Of a DNA stretch of 64,000 nucleotides, positions 15,296 to 23,952 are shown piece after piece. The stretch's first letter is position 1. Each line of letters starts with the position of its first letter. Both the position numbers and the translations under genes were made by a program. The notes under the pieces are model-generated. The model was not told the DNA's origin and did not search any database. It saw nothing but the letters and a program-made list of their open reading frames with translations. Source of the stretch: Escherichia phage vB_EcoM_P54; the sequence record PV390658.1. One strand, 5' to 3'.

Positions 15296-17662
15296 TTAAT
15301 CGTAAATTGTAGTCCCTTCTGGAACACACTTCACATCAAAGCCTAAGAACTTACTCACTTCGATGGGTGACACTTTATTCCAATCTAAATGAGAAAGCAA
15401 GAAGTTTTCTTGTTTTCTTTTTGAAAGATAGTTTGTCACCTTAATGACCATACGGTCACCAGCTTTCTTGATTTTCTTGTACAGCTTTGTATCGTTGTCA
15501 AGGCATTCTTTCAAAGTTTGCAACCTGCTAACAGTGTAAGTGTATGCAAACGGTGCAGCAACGTATTGGATTTTACCAAACATTGCCTCAACAGCATCTT
15601 CATTACCTTCTAAGAAGATAGTTTTGTTTGTGTCTCGTGAATAGCAATAACCACGAGAAATCTTCCTGTTATTGAACGTAAAGTTTCTGGCAATAATCCA
15701 ACTGCTTGTCAGGTCTAGGACACCATTCATATAGATACGTGTCATATACCTGTTATGATTAATCCAGTGAACATCAGTTAAGCTGTCGTTCAAGAGCTTC
15801 TCATCTACTTCAATCCAGTCTTCTGGTATCTTTTTCCAATTTGCTTTTCGGAAAACATATACTGTCTTTCCAATGACATTGGCAACTGACTTAGCTACAT
15901 CTTCTGGAGATGAGCAAAAACATTCGCCATCAACTGTGTCGCCTACTGCCTTAATATAAAGCTGAGGCTCTTCAATCGTATCTAAGTCTTCTGACACCTC
16001 TTTGTATGAAGCTACACCTTCTGCTGGAACAGCTTTCCAAAGTTTTACAACACCTCTTACAGCTTCTTTACGCTGATAATGATGTTCCTTATCAGACATC
16101 TTCACAATCTTTAACAAGCTTTTATCAAGTTTGTGCAGATTGATTAGGTTGTCTAACTCTTTTTCAGTCGAGAATACAAAGACGATACCATTGTATCTGT
16201 GAAACAGACTAGACTCACTGGCATAGTCTCGACATGCACCACGCAGAATCTGATTGCGTCCTACAGTCTTCTCAGTACCATTTTTATTGCGACGGTCGTT
16301 TATAACAAACAAAAACTGCTCAATTTGACTTTTACGCATTGCGCCAAAGATATTGAACATACTTGCCTCTTGAGTGTAGGAAAGTGATGTTGCACGAATC
16401 TTACTCTCTAAAGAGTTGAACTTGACATAAGCAACTGGGTCATAAAGATAATCTACTTTAGGGATGTTGTTTCCGTTTCTATCAACCTTAATATTACCTT
16501 TGCCGTCACGTTCATAGATGACTGAGCCGTCTTCTGCGTAGATAATCCCACGACGAATGTTTAGTAATTCTTCTTCCAGAGAATCAAGCTTAACACCTCC
16601 CCACTCTAGCTTTGGACACACAGCATTAAACATCTCTCGTGAGTTTAAACGTAACTCAGCATAAGCCTGTGCAGCATCCATGAGTGTAGGTTGGCTATTA
16701 ACTTTCTTGATAACATCCTTTGTAATCGCTTCAGTTATCTTTTTAGTAGCCTCAATGATAACATTTTTTGTCGTATCATTCATCTGCAATGCTTCACGAG
16801 AAGCTGCAATAGCAACTGAACCAATAGGCATGTAGATGTTTACAAGGTCTACGCTCCTACGGAAAAATTCTGGCAAGACTTTGAAGAAATCATCTCCAAG
16901 TAATGCTTCCATGTTGACTGGATAGGCGATATTACCCATCACCACATTAAACTCTGTCCTGTTACCACTAGAACGCCAGCTTTGCTTATGAATCATGGCA
17001 TCATAGACACCTTCTTCACGGGCAATGACATTCATATCTGCTAATACATCGTCATACTCGATGTTACTTTCTGGTTTTACAGCAAAGTATGAGTATACAT
17101 GACCAGCTTCTTCAAAGAACTTTGAGATACGGTGGTCAGCAACTGCTACACGTACAGCTAAACCATTAGGCTCTTTTGTTGAGTTGGTGGTCAGCTTAGT
17201 TACTTGAGGGATACCATTCTCAAGGTAAACAGAGTACTTATTAACAACACCATCAACATAACTAGATACTGTGAATGACTGAGCAATTGCAAATGGAGAT
17301 TTTGAACCGATACCCATTGCACCAATGTAGTCATTAGAGTCATTCTTCGTAGAAGCCCCGTAATTTAGGTACAAACTCATAACTTTATCATGAGTCAATC
17401 CAGTTCCAAAATCACGAACTTCAAAGTAAGGTTCAAAACGAGTAGGTAAATGCACATGGAACGGGATGTTCTCTTTTCCAGCTTCTTTCTGAGCATCTAC
17501 TGCGTTACATGACAGTTCACGAATAACTGCCCTTTCTTTAAAGGTATATACACCAGAACTCAAAAGGCTGAACATTTCAGGTGTCATTGTAATCTGTGCT
17601 TGAGACGTCTCTAAAGAAGTTGAACTCTTAATCACTTCTGCGTGGTCGTTTACCATGCGCAT
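15296..17662 (-). CDS. rIIA: rIIA-like protein (788 aa)
   Basis: N-terminal GHKL-ATPase-like motifs (ELSCNAVDAQ, RDFGTGL, GAMGIGSKSPF); size and position upstream of rIIB. Confidence 0.75.
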   Translation of the reverse strand: MRMVNDHAEVIKSSTSLETSQAQITMTPEMFSLLSSGVYTFKERAVIRELSCNAVDAQKEAGKENIPFHVHLPTRFEPYFEVRDFGTGLTHDKVMSLYLNYGASTKNDSNDYIGAMGIGSKSPFAIAQSFTVSSYVDGVVNKYSVYLENGIPQVTKLTTNSTKEPNGLAVRVAVADHRISKFFEEAGHVYSYFAVKPESNIEYDDVLADMNVIAREEGVYDAMIHKQSWRSSGNRTEFNVVMGNIAYPVNMEALLGDDFFKVLPEFFRRSVDLVNIYMPIGSVAIAASREALQMNDTTKNVIIEATKKITEAITKDVIKKVNSQPTLMDAAQAYAELRLNSREMFNAVCPKLEWGGVKLDSLEEELLNIRRGIIYAEDGSVIYERDGKGNIKVDRNGNNIPKVDYLYDPVAYVKFNSLESKIRATSLSYTQEASMFNIFGAMRKSQIEQFLFVINDRRNKNGTEKTVGRNQILRGACRDYASESSLFHRYNGIVFVFSTEKELDNLINLHKLDKSLLKIVKMSDKEHHYQRKEAVRGVVKLWKAVPAEGVASYKEVSEDLDTIEEPQLYIKAVGDTVDGECFCSSPEDVAKSVANVIGKTVYVFRKANWKKIPEDWIEVDEKLLNDSLTDVHWINHNRYMTRIYMNGVLDLTSSWIIARNFTFNNRKISRGYCYSRDTNKTIFLEGNEDAVEAMFGKIQYVAAPFAYTYTVSRLQTLKECLDNDTKLYKKIKKAGDRMVIKVTNYLSKRKQENFLLSHLDWNKVSPIEVSKFLGFDVKCVPEGTTIYD

Positions 17663-17690
17663 AATACTTTCCTCTTAATTTACTGTTGAA

Positions 17691-17867
17691 TTACTTATTA
17701 AACATTTTACCAGAACCGCCACACATAGGGCAACAACCTGCTCTTGTATAACCTTCTCCATTACAGTAGTCACATTTTTTGTGCTCTGCAAAGTACTTAC
17801 AAAGAAGGTAAACAAACACTGCTACACTACCAAGTGATAGCAAAATTTCTATCCAATATGCTTGCAT
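17691..17867 (-). CDS. small membrane protein with C-terminal CxxC-x-CxxC zinc-ribbon (58 aa)
   Basis: Not in the ORF track; ATG at 17867 after GAGAGGTGAG SD; hydrophobic N-terminus then CDYCNGEG...CCPMCGGSG. Confidence 0.4.
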   Translation of the reverse strand: MQAYWIEILLSLGSVAVFVYLLCKYFAEHKKCDYCNGEGYTRAGCCPMCGGSGKMFNK

Positions 17868-18184
17868 GACTCACCTCTCATATTCTTGTAAAGGATAAAG
17901 CTTCTGTCATGGACGATACTTGTAGACACTGCAAAGTTACTTTCAAGCATCTGTTTGTTTGGATTGTAGAAGCTCTCTTTAAACTCGTCAAGTGCAAATT
18001 GGTGATTGTCTGGAAGACCTTTTACACAGACCTTTATTGTGATTGCTGCTGCAATCTTACCAGTCAGTTCTTCTTTAGCTGCTACTAAAATTTTGTTAAG
18101 GAACTTATGACCATTTTCAGGTTTCTTAATGTTCTCCCAGCGTTCTTCTAAGACAATATTGATGTTCATTTCTTTGATTTTCAT
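17849..18184 (-). CDS. hypothetical protein (111 aa)
   Basis: ORF from the track; first gene after the terminator at 18202-18222. Confidence 0.5.
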   Translation of the reverse strand: MKIKEMNINIVLEERWENIKKPENGHKFLNKILVAAKEELTGKIAAAITIKVCVKGLPDNHQFALDEFKESFYNPNKQMLESNFAVSTSIVHDRSFILYKNMRGESCKHIG

Positions 18185-18201
18185 AATCTTCTCCAGAAAT
18201 T

Positions 18202-18222
18202 AAAAAGGCTCCCGTAGGAGCC
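18202..18222 (-). terminator. rho-independent terminator after the NAMPT-like gene
   Basis: A-run then GGCTCC-CGTA-GGAGCC hairpin. Confidence 0.6.
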
Positions 18223-18237
18223 TCTTATCATATACTT

Positions 18238-20019
18238 TTAAAGCTGCTTGTCAATATTATTTCGAATATCACCAAGAGTTGTGTAACCGAACTGCTCAGA
18301 GTCACTAAAGACTAAACGTAAAGCACAAGCTGGATGTTCAAGCACATCTGCAAAGCTCTGGAATCCATAGCCATCTACAGCTTTCAGCTTATCGCCATCC
18401 CACATAGGTGCTACACCACCAAAAGCAGACTTCTTAACACCGCTATCTGTTTTAGGGTCTTTTGCAAGCATAATCTCTTTACCACCAATGCTTGCAAGAG
18501 TTGCTTTGACAGCAAATGCAAAGGTGTCACGAGTCATGTACTGGTAAGTGTAAGAACCTACACCAAACACTACGTTAGAGCTTGCAAAACCCATTTCATA
18601 CAAACGCTTCAGGATTTCGTTTGCACGTTCCAACGTGATAGAGTCACCATAGATAAGGCCAATGTGCTCATCCAGTACCTTAAAGCCTTTAGAGTTGATA
18701 GTCCCTCCAAAGATGTTATACAGGGTCTTAATAGCCCCATCAATCTCTGCTACAGGACGTGTTACAACGTTTGCAGAGCCGTTGATGTAGGCATCTTTCA
18801 GAAGCACTGTATCAGCTACTTCAAAGTCTTCTCTGTCAACCACCATTTCATAGCCTTCTGTACGTAACCACCCAGCCATAATATAGTGAATGTCTTCAAG
18901 ATTCATGTTCAGAACAGCATTCAACATTGTGTCGCTGGCTTCCAGCTTGCTTAGGTGTTCGTAATAAGCCTTTTTAGCACACTCTAAGTGGATTGCTTTA
19001 TAGCCTGTGACAATATGTACAGGGTCTCCAGAGTCAGGACGAATTACCAGTTTACCATCACGTTCCATAATCTCTTTACGGAGTTCTGGTAATATAACTG
19101 ATACAGTTCTCCAGAAGTTATAAGTATCTGAAACAACACTTGCAATACCAGTTGGGTAAGTTTCTGTTAAGAAACGACGGAAGGTTTGTAACTCACCTTT
19201 AAAACGTCTTTCATCTTCAATTAACTCATTACCACCTTCCCAAGCAATGTTTGCACACATTACAGAGTGTTCAGTGGCTGGCACAGAACTACCAATATCA
19301 GAGATTGGGTAGGACTGTCCATAGATGCGTTTAGCTGTATACACAGCAGGGAAGCTGTCAGTTCCTTTAAAGCTGGTTAAGTGACCTACAGCGTTAAATG
19401 CGTCATCAGTAAAGCCAGACATACCACGCATAGCAAAGTCATGGCACTGATAAGGTAAATGCAAGTCGTTGTCACAAGTAAGGTCAGCCCACTTCTTACA
19501 GATACGTTTGTAGTGCAATGCAATAGTTGCAATGGTACAAGCCTTCCAAATCTCAGCAGAGAAAGCATCTTCCAGATACCCCGCTACCCAATGGAAACCT
19601 GAAACAGTGTTCTGGAAGACAATCATTGGCACACGCATAGGGACAACTGTACCTTCTTCTACAGCGTAGACTTCAACTGGTAGATAACCTAAGTCGTGGA
19701 GTGCTTCCCAATGTTCTCGACCAATAGCATCTTTACCCAGAACGCCGTTCATGACTTCTAAGATTTCATCAATTGCTTCTTTTTTGTCACGTTCGAAGAA
19801 GGTGGCGTTCCAGTGGTCTATCAGGTAATCTTTAACAAAACGTTGAATACCAAAAGCAACTACACCGTCAATTGCTAAAGGGCTGTTAAACCATTTATCA
19901 CTACGTGGTGTCAGGTTGAACATTAGGTACTCTGTTGCACTAGGATACTGATAAATATGGCCAGATTTGTAAGCATCCGCGTTTAAACCTGCTGGTACTG
20001 CATAAAGTGATTTAGTCAT
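18238..20019 (-). CDS. nicotinamide phosphoribosyltransferase family protein (about 593 aa)
   Basis: N-terminal NADAYKSGHIYQYP resembles the NAMPT DSYK-x-THY motif; ORF-track start 20070 is TTG, start moved to ATG at 20019. Confidence 0.7.
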   Translation of the reverse strand: MTKSLYAVPAGLNADAYKSGHIYQYPSATEYLMFNLTPRSDKWFNSPLAIDGVVAFGIQRFVKDYLIDHWNATFFERDKKEAIDEILEVMNGVLGKDAIGREHWEALHDLGYLPVEVYAVEEGTVVPMRVPMIVFQNTVSGFHWVAGYLEDAFSAEIWKACTIATIALHYKRICKKWADLTCDNDLHLPYQCHDFAMRGMSGFTDDAFNAVGHLTSFKGTDSFPAVYTAKRIYGQSYPISDIGSSVPATEHSVMCANIAWEGGNELIEDERRFKGELQTFRRFLTETYPTGIASVVSDTYNFWRTVSVILPELRKEIMERDGKLVIRPDSGDPVHIVTGYKAIHLECAKKAYYEHLSKLEASDTMLNAVLNMNLEDIHYIMAGWLRTEGYEMVVDREDFEVADTVLLKDAYINGSANVVTRPVAEIDGAIKTLYNIFGGTINSKGFKVLDEHIGLIYGDSITLERANEILKRLYEMGFASSNVVFGVGSYTYQYMTRDTFAFAVKATLASIGGKEIMLAKDPKTDSGVKKSAFGGVAPMWDGDKLKAVDGYGFQSFADVLEHPACALRLVFSDSEQFGYTTLGDIRNNIDKQL

Positions 20020-20040
20020 CTTTTTAATCTCTCTCAAAAT

Positions 20041-20056
20041 GGGGCTTTGAAGCCCC
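20041..20056 (-). promoter_or_regulatory. intergenic hairpin between the Prs-like and NAMPT-like genes
   Basis: GGGGCTTTGAAGCCCC palindrome preceded by TTTATA and followed by ATTTTGAGAGAG SD region. Confidence 0.45.
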
Positions 20057-20066
20057 CTATAAAGTT

Positions 20067-20948
20067 TCAATCAATGGTAATTACAGTAACTTGGGCATAA
20101 TGTGTTAAGCCACGGTCTTTAGCTTCCCCTAAAGAGTTTGTAGTGTAGATATGGTCAATACCATTGTCAAGTAAGTTTTCAACACCTTTAGAGAAAATGC
20201 CATGAGTTACATAGAGTTCCACACGTTTTGCACCTGCTTCACGAAGATGTTTAGCTGCTTCTATGAAGGTTCGACCTCCATCACAGATGTCGTCCAGAAT
20301 CATGACAGTTTTATCTGTCAAATCAACATCATCGAGGATTCGCATACCGGTAATCTCACCAGTCTTAAGGTTACGCACTTTAGACATTGTGATGTATGGT
20401 TTATCCACCTCTTTAGCGGTCTCTGCAATCTTCTTAGCAGCACCTGCATCTGGGGCTACTAAGTAATCAACCAGTGGGTCATTCGCATAGTGGACTGCAA
20501 TCTCCTTTTGGGGGATACTCTGGAAGCAGTTAAACAGGTTATCTGGTACATAACTGTGAGAGTCAACTGCACAGACTGCATCGAAACCCATTGCATTAAC
20601 CTGTTGTGCAAACACTTTCAAAGCTGCTGCATCACCTTTAAACATGTGACGGTCGTAACGTGCATTTGGCAAATAGTAAAAGATGACAGTCTTCATAGCA
20701 AACTTATGGGGCACTAAGTTGTCAACCGCCTCTTTAGCAAGTGCCACAGCAAACAATGTATCTTTATCATAACCTTTTACAATCATAATCACATTGTTGA
20801 TAGATGATGCTGCATAAGCAGTGAAGTCAACAAACTCTGGTGAAAAGTGTCCACCAATCTCACCAGAAGGGAATTGGATGATGTTAAACTCTTCTTCATG
20901 AGTCCCTTTAGTTGGTGAATGAACTGTAACACGGATAGATGTTTTCAT
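20067..20948 (-). CDS. ribose-phosphate pyrophosphokinase (Prs) family protein (about 293 aa)
   Basis: Type I PRTase PRPP-binding loop VMILDDICDGGRT; start moved from TTG at 20963 to ATG at 20948. Confidence 0.7.
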   Translation of the reverse strand: MKTSIRVTVHSPTKGTHEEEFNIIQFPSGEIGGHFSPEFVDFTAYAASSINNVIMIVKGYDKDTLFAVALAKEAVDNLVPHKFAMKTVIFYYLPNARYDRHMFKGDAAALKVFAQQVNAMGFDAVCAVDSHSYVPDNLFNCFQSIPQKEIAVHYANDPLVDYLVAPDAGAAKKIAETAKEVDKPYITMSKVRNLKTGEITGMRILDDVDLTDKTVMILDDICDGGRTFIEAAKHLREAGAKRVELYVTHGIFSKGVENLLDNGIDHIYTTNSLGEAKDRGLTHYAQVTVITID

Positions 20949-20959
20949 AGTTTTCTCTC

Positions 20960-21238
20960 TCAATCAAAAGTTACGTTTGTTACTGCCATTGCAGATTTGC
21001 ATTTTGCAGGGTCTACAACGTGATAAAGTACACTACAGTTACCTGTGCTGTCTGGTACAGGTTTAACCCATTGTTGCTTGACAGTTGGTTCTCCTAAATC
21101 TTTGTAAGAACCATCTGTAAAATTGTTTACCATCTCAAGTGCAATTGGTTCTGGAACATGACCTCGTATCATGTACATTTCACAACCATTACCACCCTCA
21201 CTGACTAGTGGTAAAATCTCCCACTTCTCTTTAGCCAT
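20960..21238 (-). CDS. hypothetical protein (about 92 aa)
   Basis: ORF-track 20960..21265 starts with TTG; ATG at 21238; no clear SD, start uncertain. Confidence 0.35.
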   Translation of the reverse strand: MAKEKWEILPLVSEGGNGCEMYMIRGHVPEPIALEMVNNFTDGSYKDLGEPTVKQQWVKPVPDSTGNCSVLYHVVDPAKCKSAMAVTNVTFD

Positions 21239-21746
21239 TGTAAGTTGCCCTATAAACTGTCTCAAACTTCAACAGGAGAGATATTGCCAAATCTGTATAG
21301 TTGTTGTCAAGCACATCTGGCATATTATTTTTGATATATTTCTCTTGCTCTTCATAGGTCATCTTAGGGATGCTTAGGAGTCTATCTCCTTGCTTCTGGT
21401 TATCAGCTTTAGTTTGGATAAACCAGTTCGCACAGTGATGTTCACCACCTTTTGTAACAGGCTTGTGGTGGCCTAATGTGAATGTTTGCTTACCTGTATA
21501 CCTGCAAAGATTGTTCAGTGTTGCAATAGTGTTCTTCACGACACACCATTCATACAGGTTATCTATTGTGTAGTGTGGGTAATAACGGACAAGTGCTCTT
21601 TCACGGAAGTTATCACGATTCCAGAGAATCATGTGATTTGAGTTAGAAGGGTCGTATTGGTGGGAGTCAATGAACTCTTGACGTTCCTCAAAGCTCAGTC
21701 TTAGGACAGACATTGCAGCAGAACGTTTCAGATTTGACAGATACAT
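21231..21746 (-). CDS. HNH endonuclease-like protein (171 aa)
   Basis: GHHKPVTKGGEHHCANWFIQTKADNQKQ matches the HNH motif pattern; GGAG SD. Confidence 0.55.
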   Translation of the reverse strand: MYLSNLKRSAAMSVLRLSFEERQEFIDSHQYDPSNSNHMILWNRDNFRERALVRYYPHYTIDNLYEWCVVKNTIATLNNLCRYTGKQTFTLGHHKPVTKGGEHHCANWFIQTKADNQKQGDRLLSIPKMTYEEQEKYIKNNMPDVLDNNYTDLAISLLLKFETVYRATYNG

Positions 21747-21797
21747 ATTATCTCCAAAATAAAAAGGGAACCTTTACAGTCCCCTTATAGTATCTGT

Positions 21798-22118
21798 TTA
21801 CTGAGCTACTTTCAAGATGCTTGTGAATGAGATTTCACTCTCATCCATAAACTCTTTTGCTTCTCCAGTAACTTTTACAAAGTTATCTAGGCAGATAATC
21901 TTCTTATCTTTCTTGCTGTAGGTTAGCTTAACCTTTTCAATATCTTTCTTAGAGCTTTTCTCTTCATTGAAGAGTTTTACAGCCTCTTTGAATGGTAGAT
22001 ATGAGCCATCATTGTCACTAATGAATCCTGTACCGCAATAGTAGTAGTTATATTCTTTAGCCATAAACTGGCACAGTACGAAAATCTGTAATTTACGAGT
22101 ATTATAAACTTTGCTCAT
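21798..22118 (-). CDS. hypothetical protein (106 aa)
   Basis: ORF with ATG at 22118 next to the upstream stop. Confidence 0.5.
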   Translation of the reverse strand: MSKVYNTRKLQIFVLCQFMAKEYNYYYCGTGFISDNDGSYLPFKEAVKLFNEEKSSKKDIEKVKLTYSKKDKKIICLDNFVKVTGEAKEFMDESEISFTSILKVAQ

Positions 22119-22120
22119 GA

Positions 22121-22378
22121 TTATTTAGCCTTCTTGTTACGTTTACGGTTACGAGCTTTTTTAGCTGCACGTTTAATTGCTGCTGCACCAGTTGGTCGAT
22201 GTGCCTGTTTTTTACCACCTTTGCCACGGCCTACGTAGATACTTTTCATAATCTCATTAGCCAGCTTCTCATCCATCTTGAAGTTCTGCATGAGATGAGT
22301 CACATCCACACCAGTAAGCATACCTAGTGATGCCAGTGCTGCTTTTACTTTTGATTTAAAACTATTCCAGATTCCCAT
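22121..22378 (-). CDS. hypothetical basic protein (85 aa)
   Basis: Lys/Arg-rich C-terminus (KKARNRKRNKKAK). Confidence 0.5.
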   Translation of the reverse strand: MGIWNSFKSKVKAALASLGMLTGVDVTHLMQNFKMDEKLANEIMKSIYVGRGKGGKKQAHRPTGAAAIKRAAKKARNRKRNKKAK

Positions 22379-22647
22379 TTAGTATCTCTCTCAATCTTTT
22401 CACAAAATGTTTTGAGTTCTTCTTCAGTGACACCAACAACACTGTCACCAACGTTTAAATTTGTTTTGTAGAACATTGTAAAGTGGCCTTTACCAACAAC
22501 TTCGAATGTTCCAGCCTTCTCAATCTCTGCTAAGGCTTCCATTCCAACATTACCAAAAAGTGAGTTTGTATACTTTTTCCACTCATTAAGGAGTTCAGTC
22601 TTAACCTTATAAGTGCCTAATAAAGCACTATTAAAAGAGATAATCAT
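22345..22647 (-). CDS. hypothetical protein (about 100 aa)
   Basis: ORF-track start 22803 would overlap nrdG by 118 nt; ATG at 22647 has AAGGTGAG SD. Confidence 0.45.
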   Translation of the reverse strand: MIISFNSALLGTYKVKTELLNEWKKYTNSLFGNVGMEALAEIEKAGTFEVVGKGHFTMFYKTNLNVGDSVVGVTEEELKTFCEKIERDTKWESGIVLNQK

Positions 22648-22684
22648 TATCTCACCTTTCCCGTAGCCAATTTTACGACGAGAT

Positions 22685-23170
22685 TTACTCTGCTCGCCAT
22701 TGACAATCACCTTGCCACCCATACTCTTTTCTCCAGAGGTTTTGGTTATCAGAACCACGATATGGTTTAACTGTTGGTTTAGATGAATCATACTTACCAT
22801 CAATCACCACGTCAACATATTTCATCACATCTAGGTGGATTTTTTCATGTAACTGAAAACCTGTCCAAAGCCAGATAGATTTTTCTGGGTAAACAGTTCT
22901 AATACGTTTACATATGTTGGTGACTTCTTGAATGTTTCTATCATCAAGAGGCTCTCCACCAAGTATTGACAACCCACTGATGGCCTCATCATCCATTAAC
23001 TTAATGATGCCGTAAAGGTTTGCATAAGTAAACACTTTACCAGCATTAAACTTCCAAGACTCCCTGTTAAAGCAGCCTTCACAGTGATGTTTACAACCAG
23101 CTACGAAGAGGCTTACACGAACCCCTTCACCATTGGCTGTATCAAATGGTCGAATCTCCATGTAATTCAT
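22685..23170 (-). CDS. nrdG: anaerobic ribonucleotide reductase activating protein
   Basis: Radical-SAM Cys cluster CKHHCEGC near the N-terminus; size; just downstream of nrdD. Confidence 0.8.
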   Translation of the reverse strand: MNYMEIRPFDTANGEGVRVSLFVAGCKHHCEGCFNRESWKFNAGKVFTYANLYGIIKLMDDEAISGLSILGGEPLDDRNIQEVTNICKRIRTVYPEKSIWLWTGFQLHEKIHLDVMKYVDVVIDGKYDSSKPTVKPYRGSDNQNLWRKEYGWQGDCQWRAE

Positions 23171-23205
23171 CTAGTTACCTCACCAATATTATTTAATTGT
23201 TTTAC

Positions 23206-23601
23206 TCATTCAAACACTACCTGACAAGGAACCTGTTTAGTAATAAACTCTTCACAGTGTTCTTTAATGAAGTCCTGTAGTGGCACACAGTCTTGTGCAC
23301 AAGTCATTAGCATAATGTACTCTGGATTCATGATGTTTTCAAGGGTGTAGAAGACAACATCACCAGATAGTTCATGACCATCTTCTTCAGACCAAGTTCC
23401 AGTGACTACAGCTAATTTGTCAAGTAATTCATTAGGTAACGCTACACCGTCTTCTACGGAATCACTTAGAACGTTGTCACTGATATACAATGTGAAAACT
23501 GTATGGAATGTTGAGTACCTTACGTGATTCTTCTCACAAGAGCCACACTCTGAGGCATAATCTTTAATCCACTCTAACTGTTTCTGGTTGAGCTTAATCA
23601 T
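23206..23601 (-). CDS. hypothetical protein (131 aa)
   Basis: ATGA start/stop overlap with the upstream gene. Confidence 0.5.
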   Translation of the reverse strand: MIKLNQKQLEWIKDYASECGSCEKNHVRYSTFHTVFTLYISDNVLSDSVEDGVALPNELLDKLAVVTGTWSEEDGHELSGDVVFYTLENIMNPEYIMLMTCAQDCVPLQDFIKEHCEEFITKQVPCQVVFE

Positions 23602-23798
23602 AATTTCACCTTAGTTGGTAATGCACTGAATGCTATAGCTAACCCTAAAAATGGTTTGAAGCATGACCATAAATCCATCTGACCATGATATGCAAAACTC
23701 CATTGTGGGTCTGAAAAACCCCATACCATAACACTAACCCCAAAGAAGAAGATTAGAATGTGGAGTATGTATATCAATGTTTTTGATATTTTAAACAT
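23598..23798 (-). CDS. small membrane protein (66 aa)
   Basis: Two hydrophobic segments. Confidence 0.45.
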   Translation of the reverse strand: MFKISKTLIYILHILIFFFGVSVMVWGFSDPQWSFAYHGQMDLWSCFKPFLGLAIAFSALPTKVKL

Positions 23799-23952
23799 TT
23801 TAACTTATCTCTCAACTCACAATAAGAGAGTCCTAAAAAGAACCCTAGTAAAACAGAACCTATGAACAGGCCAATGATGCTCTCTGCCATATCTAACATC
23901 CAATAAAAAAGGTGATGTAAGCCTATCAAGACCCACACCACCTTGTCAAGTT

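Noticed and set aside
18334-18867. Plus-strand ORF (177 aa) inside the NAMPT-like gene, and others inside the Prs-like gene (20202..20717)
   Set aside because: Antisense to well-supported enzyme genes; Cys/Ser-rich low-complexity translations typical of reverse frames.
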